From: Candidatus Bathyarchaeia archaeon
Lineage (GTDB): Archaea; Thermoproteota; Bathyarchaeia; Bathyarchaeales; Bathycorpusculaceae
Reading direction: 5' to 3'
Assembly: GCA_049512935.1 (NCBI GenBank)
Contig: JBEKWR010000019.1
Span: forward strand, 1-35,181
DNA: 35,181 nt
The position numbers were made by a program, and so were the translations under genes. Of this stretch, positions 18,281 through 27,679 are shown piece by piece. The notes under the pieces were generated by a model. The model was not told the origin of the DNA and did no database searches. It saw nothing but the letters and a program-made list of their open reading frames with translations. Each line of letters starts with the position of its first letter. Positions within the stretch are counted from its first letter, which is position 1.

Positions 18281-19816
18281 ATGACAACCAAAAACAACCC
18301 GATCACAAGCATGGAAATGCGTGCCCTCGAAGCCAACGCCGAATACTACGGCGTAAGCCTGCTTCAACTAATGGAGAACGCTGGACGCGGCGTCGCCCAA
18401 GAGGTAATCGAACGTTTTCCCAATGGCAAGAAGGTCGCCGTTTTCTGCGGTTTAGGAGGAAACGGAGGCGACGGCTTTGTCGCAGCCAGGCATCTCTTGT
18501 CAGCAGGCTACGATGTTTCCGTTGTTCTTGTGGGCAGAAGCAGAGACATAAATCATGAGGCAGCTAAAAGAAACATGGGGATTCTCCAGTCGCTACAGGG
18601 CAAAATCCCATTAACGGAAGTGACTGACAGCTCGGCTATGCCAAAGTTGTCCTCTGAAGTCGTCGTGGACGCTTTACTGGGAACGGGAACGAAAGGAAAA
18701 ATTAAGCCGCCGATAAGCCAGGCAGTCGACTACATCAACGCTTCGGATGCCTTCAAAATCGCTGTTGACGTGCCCACGGGAATTGATTCTGACTCGGGCG
18801 AGGTCTTAGGCACAGCGGTAAAGGCGAACTTGACAATTACGTTTCACAGGTCAAAGCTAGGGCTGGAAAAAGCCAAGAAATACGTTGGCGAACTCGTCGT
18901 CAAGGACATTGGGTTGCCCGTGGAAATGGAGCGGTACACGGGTCCAGGCGACGTTTACCTTGCGACTGTTCCGCGGAGCCCAAACGCTCACAAAGGCGAC
19001 TCCGGGCGGCTGCTCGTCATCGGCGGAAGCGAAGTTTACTCTGGAGCGCCAACTTTGGTTTCGCTGGGCGCCATGCGCACGGGAGTCGACATCGTCTATC
19101 TTGCTGCGCCCTCAAAGACGGCGTACGCGATTTCTTCAATGTCCCCTGACTTGATAACGATAAAACTTGGAGGCGCCAACCTGAAACCCAGCGACATGGA
19201 AACGTTGCAGCCCTATTTTGGCACGGTTAATGCGGTTGCGATGGGTCCTGGTTTGGGTTTGAACCCTGAAACCGTCGACTTCGTGAAGCTCTGCGTCGAA
19301 GAGGTAGAGCGGGCTGGGAAACCCTTGCTTTTGGATGCTGACGGACTAAAGGCGTTTGCCAAGTTCAAACGACCTCTGAAGGTGCCGCTTGTTCTTACGC
19401 CTCACGCTGGCGAGTACACGATTCTTACGGGTGAGACTTTGCCTGAAAACATGGAGGAGCGAGCCTTGGCAATACAGGAAACCGCGAAGAAACTCGACGC
19501 CGTGGTTCTTGTAAAGGGCAGAGTTGACTACATTTGCAGTCCCGAACGAGTCAAGTTGAATTTCACTGGCAACGCAGGCATGGCGGTCGGCGGCACAGGT
19601 GACGTGCTCAGCGGCATAGTCAGCGGTTTAATGGCTCAGAAGGTTGACCCATTTGAAGCTGCGGCGGCTGGAGCATTCGTTAACGGCGCAGCAGGCGACT
19701 TTGTCGCAAGCGAACTTGGCTTTCACATGGTGGCAACAGACCTTATCGACTGGATCCCCAAGGTTTTCAACGACCCGATGAGCCACGTAAAGGTGCGCAA
19801 CCAAGTTGGAAACTGA
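18281..19816 (+). CDS. nnr: Bifunctional NAD(P)HX epimerase/dehydratase
   Basis: LMENAG, GGNGGDG, DALLGTG and DVPTG (YjeF_N); HKG, GPGLG, DADGL, TPHAGE and GGTGDVLSG (carbohydrate kinase domain). Confidence 0.96.
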   Translation: MTTKNNPITSMEMRALEANAEYYGVSLLQLMENAGRGVAQEVIERFPNGKKVAVFCGLGGNGGDGFVAARHLLSAGYDVSVVLVGRSRDINHEAAKRNMGILQSLQGKIPLTEVTDSSAMPKLSSEVVVDALLGTGTKGKIKPPISQAVDYINASDAFKIAVDVPTGIDSDSGEVLGTAVKANLTITFHRSKLGLEKAKKYVGELVVKDIGLPVEMERYTGPGDVYLATVPRSPNAHKGDSGRLLVIGGSEVYSGAPTLVSLGAMRTGVDIVYLAAPSKTAYAISSMSPDLITIKLGGANLKPSDMETLQPYFGTVNAVAMGPGLGLNPETVDFVKLCVEEVERAGKPLLLDADGLKAFAKFKRPLKVPLVLTPHAGEYTILTGETLPENMEERALAIQETAKKLDAVVLVKGRVDYICSPERVKLNFTGNAGMAVGGTGDVLSGIVSGLMAQKVDPFEAAAAGAFVNGAAGDFVASELGFHMVATDLIDWIPKVFNDPMSHVKVRNQVGN

Positions 19817-20360
19817 CTCAGAAAACCAAAAACCAGCTTTCCCCGTGAGGATAACCATTTACCATGCGGCTCAGGATGACCCCAAGAAAAACACTGCCCT
19901 GAGGCTGAAACGCCGCGGGTTCGCAAGGATAGTATCGAAGGTTAGGTTTTTGCCTAAGCGCGCCATCGTGCTGAACCCATTTGGCGAAATCGCGTTTTCC
20001 CCAGCGGACAGGGAACGGCTTTCGCAGTTTGGGTTGGCTGCTTTGGATTGCAGTTGGGAACACGCCCAGAAAGTCATGGGAAAACACGTCAAAGGCACCA
20101 GCCGATGCTTACCCATCCTAATCGCAGGCAACCCCGTCAACTTCGGCAAATTAACAAAGCTGACCACGGCTGAAGCCATCGCCGCCGCTCTGTACATCGC
20201 AGGGTTCAAGAAAGAGTCGGAAGAGCTTCTGTCGATTTTCACCTGGGGACACACGTTCTTCGAGTTAAACGGCATGCTACTTGACAATTACGCATCGGCG
20301 AAGGACAGCGGCAAAATCGTGGATATGCAGGCAAGGCTTCTGAAGAGGAAAGAGATGTGA
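19806..20360 (+). CDS. tsr3: 16S rRNA aminocarboxypropyltransferase Tsr3
   Basis: QDDPKKNTA, SPAD, DCSW, LIAGNPVNFGK and FTWGHTFFELN motifs; TTG start overlaps nnr by 11 nt. Confidence 0.94.
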   Translation: METDSENQKPAFPVRITIYHAAQDDPKKNTALRLKRRGFARIVSKVRFLPKRAIVLNPFGEIAFSPADRERLSQFGLAALDCSWEHAQKVMGKHVKGTSRCLPILIAGNPVNFGKLTKLTTAEAIAAALYIAGFKKESEELLSIFTWGHTFFELNGMLLDNYASAKDSGKIVDMQARLLKRKEM

Positions 20361-20370
20361 ATGAAACTGC

Positions 20371-20393
20371 TTTTGGATGATGCTTTTGCGTAC
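20371..20393 (-). repeat. Dispersed repeat copy 7 (degenerate)
   Basis: Reverse complement gtacgcaaaagcatcatccaaaa. Confidence 0.55.
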
Positions 20394-20471
20394 AGGCACG
20401 TTTGTAAAATAGGCTAATTAACCACGAACACTTTATCCCTCTAAACTCAATAAGATTTGAAGGCAGAGAGC

Positions 20472-21071
20472 ATGGGGGCAAAACAGGAAAACCCTGATGT
20501 TGAGCACTTTAACCGCAGGGCGGCGACTTATGAGACTGCAAGCAGCCAAGGATACTTTTTCGACAGGATTCAAAGAAGAATCCTAAAATTAGCCAAAACC
20601 CAAAACCCCCAGGTCATATTGGATGTCGGCTGCGGAACAGGCAGACTGCTCCGAAAAGCCAAGCAGCAATGGCCCGATGCCCATTTGGTGGGGGTTGACG
20701 CAGCCGAGAAAATGATACAGCAAGCTACCGAGCTTTTTCCCGAGGCAGAATTTCATGTTGCTATGGCTGAAGCGTTGCCTCTGCCCGACGCCTCAGTGGA
20801 CCTTGCCTTCAGCACCATGTCGTTTCACCATTGGGCGAATCAAGCTCAGGGCATTAGGGAAGTCGCTCGGGTTCTGAGACCGCAGGGAAGGTTTGCACTC
20901 GCAGATATTGTGGTTCCTCGTTGGATGATGTTTTTCGTAAGACATTTTAAGTATAACAGCCCCGCCAAGATTCGGGAGATGTTTGTTCAGGCAGGCTTAC
21001 CCGTGGAGTTGCAGCAGAAGCCTTGGCGGTGGTCACGGGTTCTGCTTATAACGGTGGGCAGGAAGCCTTGA
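20472..21071 (+). CDS. Class I SAM-dependent methyltransferase (UbiE/Methyltransf_11-like)
   Basis: LDVGCGTG, GVD, AEALP, HHW and RVLRPQG motifs. Confidence 0.9.
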   Translation: MGAKQENPDVEHFNRRAATYETASSQGYFFDRIQRRILKLAKTQNPQVILDVGCGTGRLLRKAKQQWPDAHLVGVDAAEKMIQQATELFPEAEFHVAMAEALPLPDASVDLAFSTMSFHHWANQAQGIREVARVLRPQGRFALADIVVPRWMMFFVRHFKYNSPAKIREMFVQAGLPVELQQKPWRWSRVLLITVGRKP

Positions 21072-21096
21072 CGTGATGGGGCAGGTTTAAGGGTTT

Positions 21097-21738
21097 ATGG
21101 TTTTTATAACAAACGAGTACGTGTTCTTCGCTTCGGTTTTTGTTATTTCCTTCTCAGGAGTCCTGATGCCTGGACCATTATTCGCCGCCACAATTAGGCA
21201 GGCGACAAAAAGCAAATTCGCAGGTGTCTTAATCGCCTTGGGACATGCGATCGTGGAGATTCCGCTGATGGTACTTATCTATTTTCTTCTCACACAATTC
21301 ACGATTCCAAGCATCGTTCGGTTCGCGGTAGGATTAGTCGGGGGCTCTTTGATGGTGCTGATGGGCATTCAAACGTTGAGAAACAGGAACAAAGACCAGG
21401 AAACGCAAGTTCCCATAAAACGCGATTCATTGCTGGCCGGAGTCTACACAACCGCGGTGAACGCTGGGTTCATTCTATGGTGGCTAACAATTGGAACAAC
21501 GCTCCTACTGAATGCTCAACTGTTCGGGTTGATAGGTTTCTCCATTTTCGCGGGCATCCACTGGCTATGCGACCTATCATGGTACACCGCAACCGCTATG
21601 GTTGTTTTCAGTTCCCAACGCTTCTGGACAGCTAACACACGGTTGTGGATAACGCTTTTCTGCGTCGCAGTTTTCGTCGGCTTCGGCGTTTACTTTATGT
21701 GGTCGGCGCTTTGGCCATTAGTTAGCAATGTTATATAG
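21097..21738 (+). CDS. LysE family transporter
   Basis: SGVLMPGP, GHAIVE and N..FILWW motifs; about 6 TMs. Confidence 0.9.
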   Translation: MVFITNEYVFFASVFVISFSGVLMPGPLFAATIRQATKSKFAGVLIALGHAIVEIPLMVLIYFLLTQFTIPSIVRFAVGLVGGSLMVLMGIQTLRNRNKDQETQVPIKRDSLLAGVYTTAVNAGFILWWLTIGTTLLLNAQLFGLIGFSIFAGIHWLCDLSWYTATAMVVFSSQRFWTANTRLWITLFCVAVFVGFGVYFMWSALWPLVSNVI

Positions 21739-21761
21739 ACAAGCAGAGGTGTGTTAATACT

Positions 21762-22316
21762 ATGGAATTCAAGGTTGGAAAAGCCGTCGTGGAGATAATC
21801 AGGGGAGACATAACGGAGGTTGAGGCAGACGCGATTGTGAACGCTGCGAATTCGTCGCTGATGGGAGGCGGCGGAGTTGACGGCGCAATACATCGCAGAG
21901 GCGGACCCAAAATCGCTGAGGAATGCAGACGCATAAGAGAGACGGAGTGGCCTGATGGTCTTCCAACGGGGAAAGCCGTGATAACCTCGGGCGGCAACTT
22001 GAAGGCTAAATTTGTCATTCACACGGTTGGTCCAGTTTGGCTCGGAGGGTTCCATGTTGAAGCGGAACTTCTTAAGCAGGCGTACAGAAACTCGTTGAAA
22101 CTTGCCGTTGCTAAGGGGCTTCTGGTCGTTGCTTTTCCTTCTATCAGCACGGGAGCGTACGGTTACCCCGTTGAGGAAGCCAGTCGCGTAGCTGTCGGAA
22201 CTGTGAAGGATTTTTTGGAAAAAGAGGGCAAGCTTGACAGGGTTGTTCTTGTCTTGTTTTCTGAGGGTGATTTTCAGGTTTACTTGGAGACAGCGAAGTC
22301 GATTTTGGCTGATTAA
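21762..22316 (+). CDS. Macrodomain O-acetyl-ADP-ribose deacetylase (YmdB-like)
   Basis: GDIT, AIVNAANSSLMGGGGVDGAIH, IHTVGP and FPSISTGAYGYP motifs. Confidence 0.95.
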   Translation: MEFKVGKAVVEIIRGDITEVEADAIVNAANSSLMGGGGVDGAIHRRGGPKIAEECRRIRETEWPDGLPTGKAVITSGGNLKAKFVIHTVGPVWLGGFHVEAELLKQAYRNSLKLAVAKGLLVVAFPSISTGAYGYPVEEASRVAVGTVKDFLEKEGKLDRVVLVLFSEGDFQVYLETAKSILAD

Positions 22317-22551
22317 CTACTTTTTCACGGATAGCTCTTCTGTTTCCATTATTGAAGCGACTGGTATATCGAGCTCCTCCATAGCCCTCTAAAACTGCGT
22401 CTCTGCTTAGCGCTTCGATGGCGAAAGCAACCCTGCCTTCTGGACCGCAGCAGTAGCACGATTTCATTTCCACATTCTTGCACATGTATGCCTGCGCGAA
22501 AAAACCAGAACCCCTCTTAGGAAAGAGGGAGATAGGAAGTTGGCGACGCAT
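22317..22551 (-). pseudogene. Probable frameshifted small protein gene
   Basis: One frame reads ...KSCYCCGPEGRVAFAIEALSRDAVLE; deleting one G from the run at 22385-22387 continues AMEELDIPVASIMETEELSVKK* with the stop abutting the macrodomain stop. Confidence 0.45.
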
Positions 22552-22676
22552 GTCCGCTGCGAAAGATGCGTCATGTTTTGTTTTGTTGAACAGTTGCGTT
22601 GGGCTTTTGGGTTTTAAGAATGTTTATATATTGAGTTTTACGATATGCCATACTAAGCTCTGTAAAACAAACAAAG

Positions 22677-23066
22677 ATGGATAAAATGACGCAAACTCAG
22701 CGGTTGATAACTCCTTCCTGGTCGTTCTTGATGAGCAGCGAGCCTGTTGATGTGAACTTCGAGGTTGCGGTTGCGCAGGCAGTAGACGATATCTTGTCGG
22801 CTTTAGGGGAGAGAGCCAAACAAGCCATCTACGTCCACCTGAAAAACGGGTATGGAATAAGCAAAGAGGAAATTCCCCGCAAAATTGAAGCCTTCGCGAA
22901 CGCCATTGAAGAAATTTTTGGTTCAGTGGCGAAGTTGATTGAGATAAAAATAATCGAGAGACTGCATTATCAATACGAAGATTTCCGCTACGTCCCGAAA
23001 ACTGACGAGTTAGATTTCGTCAACTATGTTTCTGACCTGCAAAACCTGCTAGAGCAAAAAGCGTGA
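22677..23066 (+). CDS. DUF3227/NitrOD5-like small helical protein
   Basis: 'AVDDILSALGE..KQAIY.HL...YGI..EEIP.KIEAF..AIEEIFG..AKLIE..II' pattern; start may lie further downstream. Confidence 0.7.
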   Translation: MDKMTQTQRLITPSWSFLMSSEPVDVNFEVAVAQAVDDILSALGERAKQAIYVHLKNGYGISKEEIPRKIEAFANAIEEIFGSVAKLIEIKIIERLHYQYEDFRYVPKTDELDFVNYVSDLQNLLEQKA

Positions 23067-23087
23067 CCATTCAAGAGTTAAGAAAAG

Positions 23088-23633
23088 TTAGCCGTTTGTG
23101 GTTTGCAGTTGAATCAGCGAGTAGACGTCGTATTTGTTTTCCACCACTTTTCTGCCTTGTAAGTAGCCTAGTTCAATGAGGAAGCCTAAGCCCACGACTT
23201 CGCCGCCTAATTTTTCAACCAAGTCAATGTTCGCCTTCATGGTTCCTCCAGTCGCCAGCAAATCGTCGATGAGCAGAACTTTCTGTCCCTTCACAATCGC
23301 GTCTTCATGGATCTCGATGGTGTCTGACTCGTACTCTTTCTTGTAGGTTAGGTCAACGCATTTGGAGGGCAACTTGCCTTTCTTTCGTATCGGCACGAAA
23401 CCCACGCCTAACTCGTAAGCCACCGCGGCGCCCACGATGAAGCCTCTTGCCTCGTTTGAAACCACCAGGTCAATGGGTTCCTTGCGGAAGTGGTCAGCTA
23501 GCAGCTTAACGCTTTCATGCAGGGAATCCTTGTCCTTCAAAAGCGGGGTGATATCCCAGAAAACCACGCCTTTGAACTGTGGGATCCGTCGGACTTTTGA
23601 TTTTAGGTCCAGTTTTGCTTTGGGTTTACTCAT
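23088..23633 (-). CDS. apt: Adenine phosphoribosyltransferase
   Basis: FWDITPLL, EARGF, RKKGKLP and LIDDLLATGGT motifs. Confidence 0.96.
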   Translation of the reverse strand: MSKPKAKLDLKSKVRRIPQFKGVVFWDITPLLKDKDSLHESVKLLADHFRKEPIDLVVSNEARGFIVGAAVAYELGVGFVPIRKKGKLPSKCVDLTYKKEYESDTIEIHEDAIVKGQKVLLIDDLLATGGTMKANIDLVEKLGGEVVGLGFLIELGYLQGRKVVENKYDVYSLIQLQTTNG

Positions 23634-23648
23634 GCGTGATTTCTCCTT

Positions 23649-24440
23649 TTAGACAAACGCTCCTTTTAGGGCTTCGCCGCATTTGCAGGCGCGTTCACTT
23701 GGCATTTTGGCGACGGTTTCGGCGATTATGCGTTTTACGTTTTCAATGTTTGTCTTCATTATTTTGATGATGTCGTCTACGCAGACGGGGTGGTCTTTCC
23801 AAACGTCGTAGTCGGTCACGGTGGATATGGAGGCGTAGCATATTTCTGCTTCTCTCGCTAGCACGCATTCGGGAACCAGGGTCATGCCGACGACGTCTGC
23901 GCCCCACTGGCGGTACATTTTGGATTCAGCCTTGGTGGAGAAGCGCGGTCCTTCGATGCAGACGTAGGTTCCTGTCTCGTGCATTTTGACTCCTAATTTT
24001 TTGGCGATCCCAATGACGTTTTCCCTCAGCTCTGGACACATCGGCTCGGCGACGGTTATGTGGCAAACCCTGTCCGCTGTGTAGAATGATTGTTCCCGTC
24101 TTGTTGTGCGGTCGATGAATTGGTCGCAGAAGACGATTTCGCCTGGATGATATTCTTCCCGCAGTGAGCCGACCGTGGATGGGGCTAAGATGCGGTTTAC
24201 GCCGAGCTTCTTGAGGGCGAAGATGTTAGCTCTGACGTTGATGTCTGTTGGCCTGATGGTGTGTTTTTTGCCGTGCCTCGGCAGGAAAGCCACGCATTTG
24301 CCGGCTAACTCGCCCACAGTTATGGAGTCTGACGGCTTGCCGTAGGGCGTTGCCACCGTTACTTCTTGGGCGTTCTTGAGAAGTTTAGGGTCATAGAGAC
24401 CTGTTCCGCCGATTATCCCGATTTCTGCTTGCATGCTCAT
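23649..24440 (-). CDS. mtnP: S-methyl-5'-thioadenosine phosphorylase
   Basis: IGIIGGTG, PRHG, EGPRFSTKAES, VVGMT and VTDYDVW motifs. Confidence 0.95.
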   Translation of the reverse strand: MSMQAEIGIIGGTGLYDPKLLKNAQEVTVATPYGKPSDSITVGELAGKCVAFLPRHGKKHTIRPTDINVRANIFALKKLGVNRILAPSTVGSLREEYHPGEIVFCDQFIDRTTRREQSFYTADRVCHITVAEPMCPELRENVIGIAKKLGVKMHETGTYVCIEGPRFSTKAESKMYRQWGADVVGMTLVPECVLAREAEICYASISTVTDYDVWKDHPVCVDDIIKIMKTNIENVKRIIAETVAKMPSERACKCGEALKGAFV

Positions 24441-24650
24441 TAATTCTCAAACGTTGAACTTATAAGAATAGCGACTAGAATTTTGCTTGAGGCATTTTTT
24501 TCTCTGGATAGCCAGCGTTTTCTTGAAACAAGAAAAAGTCCATCATCAACATCATCAATCGCAAATGGCTTAAATGTTGACTAAGGTAGGAAGCCGAGGC
24601 TTGAGTGACGGATGTGGATTTTGGATTCAGATTTCTAAGTCGTAATCATA

Positions 24651-24688
24651 TTATATATAAAGGGTCAGAATTGGGTAGCAAGACCCAA
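24651..24688 (+). promoter_or_regulatory. TATA box plus inverted repeat TTGGGT-N6-ACCCAA upstream of trmB
   Basis: TTATATATAA at 24651-24660; inverted repeat at 24671-24688. Confidence 0.5.
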
Positions 24689-24715
24689 AATAAGGAGACA
24701 GGTGAAAACCCCCAA

Positions 24716-25597
24716 ATGGCGCTTGTAATGGATAACGCTGAACTGATGAAAGTTTACGATAAACAGACTGACGCGTGGAAACTGGTCAAGAGGGACCAGA
24801 CTTACAACAAGCAGATTTCATCCATTGAAGACACGCTGTCAAAGTTCGGCTTGCTCAAAAACGAGATCAAGGTTTACTTGCACCTTGCAAGGGCAGGTGA
24901 AAAGAAAGCTGGGGAAATAGCGGAGGCAATTTCGCTTCACCGCACCGAAACCTACAGGATTCTTAGGGATTTGGAGAAGAGGGGAATCGTTTTTTCCATC
25001 TTCGAGAAGCCTCTGAAGTTCACCGCTGTCCCGTTGGATAAAGCGATTGACTTGCTTGTGGATGCGCAGAAAATCAAGATTAAGCTGCTTGAACAGGAAA
25101 AGGCAAGCGTTGTGGAGCTTTGGTCGTCTATGCCTCAGCCGAAGGTGTCGGACTCAAAGAAAGAGCTGTTTCAGATGCTTGAGGGGGAACAGCAGGTGCT
25201 TATGAAAGCCAACGAGCTGCTTGAGAGAAGCCAGAAAGAGTTTAAGGTGTTTGCTTCAGCCGATTACCTTTCGCAGCTTTACTACAGTGACTTTTCTGAT
25301 AAACTGAAACAACATGCGGACAAAGTGAACGTCAGCGTGGTAACTGACAACTCGTTGAAAAGTTCATATTTCATAGGGCAGCTTCAGTGGTTAAGCGATT
25401 CCAGCCGGGTTGTTGATGAACAAGGCTTGCCCTGCTTCATGATATCAGATGACAAAGAAGTCTTGATTTCGTTTCACGAGAAAGAAACAGACGACGAAGA
25501 TGCTAAAAAGAAATTCAAGACAGCGGCAATATGGACGAACTACAGTGCCTTCGTAAAGCTTCTGCGTACCCTGTTCTCAAAAATGACTGAAACATAA
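24716..25597 (+). CDS. TrmB-family transcriptional regulator
   Basis: FGL..NE.KVY..L, HRTETYRIL..LE..G HTH and a C-terminal effector domain. Start moved to ATG 24716 because TATA and SD lie inside the longer ORF. Confidence 0.88.
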   Translation: MALVMDNAELMKVYDKQTDAWKLVKRDQTYNKQISSIEDTLSKFGLLKNEIKVYLHLARAGEKKAGEIAEAISLHRTETYRILRDLEKRGIVFSIFEKPLKFTAVPLDKAIDLLVDAQKIKIKLLEQEKASVVELWSSMPQPKVSDSKKELFQMLEGEQQVLMKANELLERSQKEFKVFASADYLSQLYYSDFSDKLKQHADKVNVSVVTDNSLKSSYFIGQLQWLSDSSRVVDEQGLPCFMISDDKEVLISFHEKETDDEDAKKKFKTAAIWTNYSAFVKLLRTLFSKMTET

Positions 25598-25791
25598 AAA
25601 GCAACGAGAAAGCAACTGGGCAATCAGCTCACCATTTCTTTACATGTTTAGGAAAAATACGCCTAAAATTCCCTCTTAACCCTATTTTAACTAAAAAATC
25701 ATGATTGGCTTAGAAACAAGCGTTCGAGAGACGAGCCATTCAATTTTTCGCCTGCCGGCTGAACAAAATTTTTTCGTGTTTGCCGTTGTTT

Positions 25792-26814
25792 CTAATCTTT
25801 TTTTCTTCGGGCTTTAACGAAGACCAACGCGACAAAACAGGCTAGAAGAGCTAACAATGCGCCCCAGTTATACTCAGGGAAAACGAATATCGGTGGCATT
25901 GAAGGAGAGTCGGCAGGTGTTGGAGACACTGTTAGCGAGGGCGTCGCAGTTGGTGTTGGGGTTGCTGTGGGTGTTGGAGTAGCCGTCGGCATGGGCGAAG
26001 GGGTTGGCGTTGGGGTTGGCGTTGGAGTCGCGGTTGGAGTAGGCGTCGGTGTTGGAGCAGGGGTTATGATTGGTGCTGAGGTGGGGCTGTCTGGTGATTG
26101 TGTGGTTGGTGAGGGGCTCGGCGAAGTTGTCGCGGTCGGGTTGTTTGTAGGCGTGACTGTTGGGCTGGCTGCGCTGTTGTTTAGGACTACTATGGGTGTT
26201 CCTGTCAGGTCCAATGCAGCAATGTTGCCGATGACTGTGTGTGGGGCCTGAAACGTGGTGGCGACGGCGATCCATTTGGTGTGGGCGGCGCTGTAATAGT
26301 ACATGGTGCTGTACATGTTGAAGTCAGGGTTCGTTATGGCTACTTTTACCATTACGTCAGGGGTCAAGGTCATGTTCGTGCTAACCTTCACATCGTAGTA
26401 GCCTGCCACAATTTTGTTATCAATTGTTATTAAGCGGGCGCCGTCATCTTTAGGGACGACTGTGCCGCAGTTTGTTGTCGTGACAGCGAAGTATACGTTG
26501 TCAGGCAACCAGCTGTTTGATGTTGCGTTTTCGCTGATGGTTACGACAATGCCAGTGGTGCTGCTGTCGTCTACAAGTACAGTGTGATTTGTCGGGTACA
26601 ACTTGGTTGTTTGGCTTATCGGTTGGGCGGCTGGGCTCTGACCAGGCAGCGCCAAGTACGAGACAAATAGGAAAGCCACTATTGCGATTGCCAAGATTAA
26701 TAGGATAGCGGCTTCTTTTCTTCGTAGAAGTCGCAACCTACTTTCAGTTGACTTCGTAGGCGTAATGCCTGGTTCCTCCCTTCTCTTCCCTATTGCCCCG
26801 TTATCGCTAGTCAC
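25792..26814 (-). CDS. Cell-surface protein with Pro/Thr linker and PEF-CTERM-like sorting tail
   Basis: N-terminal hydrophobic segment, beta-rich domain, (PT)n linker, then FVFPEY-TM-RRKK. Confidence 0.82.
   Translation of the reverse strand: MTSDNGAIGKRREEPGITPTKSTESRLRLLRRKEAAILLILAIAIVAFLFVSYLALPGQSPAAQPISQTTKLYPTNHTVLVDDSSTTGIVVTISENATSNSWLPDNVYFAVTTTNCGTVVPKDDGARLITIDNKIVAGYYDVKVSTNMTLTPDVMVKVAITNPDFNMYSTMYYYSAAHTKWIAVATTFQAPHTVIGNIAALDLTGTPIVVLNNSAASPTVTPTNNPTATTSPSPSPTTQSPDSPTSAPIITPAPTPTPTPTATPTPTPTPTPSPMPTATPTPTATPTPTATPSLTVSPTPADSPSMPPIFVFPEYNWGALLALLACFVALVFVKARRKKD
25940..26065 (-). repeat. Coding low-complexity repeat, (PT/AT)n
   Basis: Degenerate 6-bp period (gttggn) encoding [12 protein letters not shown]... 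Confidence 0.9.
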
Positions 26815-26908
26815 GGATTTAAATTACCATAGAAAAACCATGCATGTTTTCCATACTGGTTCGCCCACATTTTAAAAGGCAACGGTTTCAAAGTTTAACT
26901 TTTTAGTA

Positions 26909-27679
26909 TCAGACGTTGGTGCATGTGACATTCGCGCAAATGAGAATCCCGCGTTGGTCCAGGCAATGCATTGAAGCGACCAGCGGGTCTCCCGGCTGCA
27001 GTGTTTGGGCGTTAAATGTGACTGCGTAGGTTCCGTCGCCATAGTCCGTTATGCTTGGAGAGGTTGCCTGCGTCCAATTCCCGCCTGACACTGCATCTTT
27101 GTAGTAAAATTTGAAGCCTTGGGCAAGGGCAGGTTTGCCTTCGTTGAAGACTTCTACTCTTAGGTTCACTTGATTTGAAGTGCCGTTAACTTGAATGCTG
27201 CTTCCGCTTAAGTTAACCTGCGAGGTTACGTTCAGTGTGCATTCCAAGCTGGAAGTAGATGATGCACCCGTGGAGTTAATGCTTAAAGTGACGATGGCGC
27301 TTGAGGTTCCTTCGCCGTTTATTCCCGTTGAAACCCAGACGCCGTTTTGGTACAGACCCTGGTTTAGCGGAGTGAAAACCATCTGCAGTATTGACTGGTA
27401 TGACTGGGAAATTACTGCCGACTCCAGCTTGTTCAGGTCAACGGTTAAAACGTCGGGGTTGCCGCCGTTCGTTATGTTTGCCAGAGCGCTGATCAAGGTG
27501 CTTCTTGCCGCCTGCTGATACGAGAGGAAAACGTTGTTTGTGCCTGCGCCGACTGTAGGCACGTCTTTTTCTGTTTCAATAACGTAGATGGCTGTGGAAA
27601 GCAGAACCATCGCAACGAGCAAAGCGGTGATTACGATCACTTGGCCTGAGCTGTCCCGCCTAAAGTTGCGGTTTTTCAT
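26909..27679 (-). CDS. Minor type IV pilin-like protein
   Basis: MKNRNFRRDSSG|QVIVITALLVAMVLL class III-type signal; ATGA overlap with the upstream gene fixes the start at 27679. Confidence 0.78.
   Translation of the reverse strand: MKNRNFRRDSSGQVIVITALLVAMVLLSTAIYVIETEKDVPTVGAGTNNVFLSYQQAARSTLISALANITNGGNPDVLTVDLNKLESAVISQSYQSILQMVFTPLNQGLYQNGVWVSTGINGEGTSSAIVTLSINSTGASSTSSLECTLNVTSQVNLSGSSIQVNGTSNQVNLRVEVFNEGKPALAQGFKFYYKDAVSGGNWTQATSPSITDYGDGTYAVTFNAQTLQPGDPLVASMHCLDQRGILICANVTCTNV

Noticed and set aside
9132-20393. Repeat family as a CRISPR array or ORB origin
   Set aside because: Irregular kb-scale spacing, mixed orientation, no cas or cdc6 gene in the window and no ORB consensus.
25967-26251. 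(GV)n ORF on the plus strand
   Set aside because: Antisense reading of the Pro/Thr repeat.
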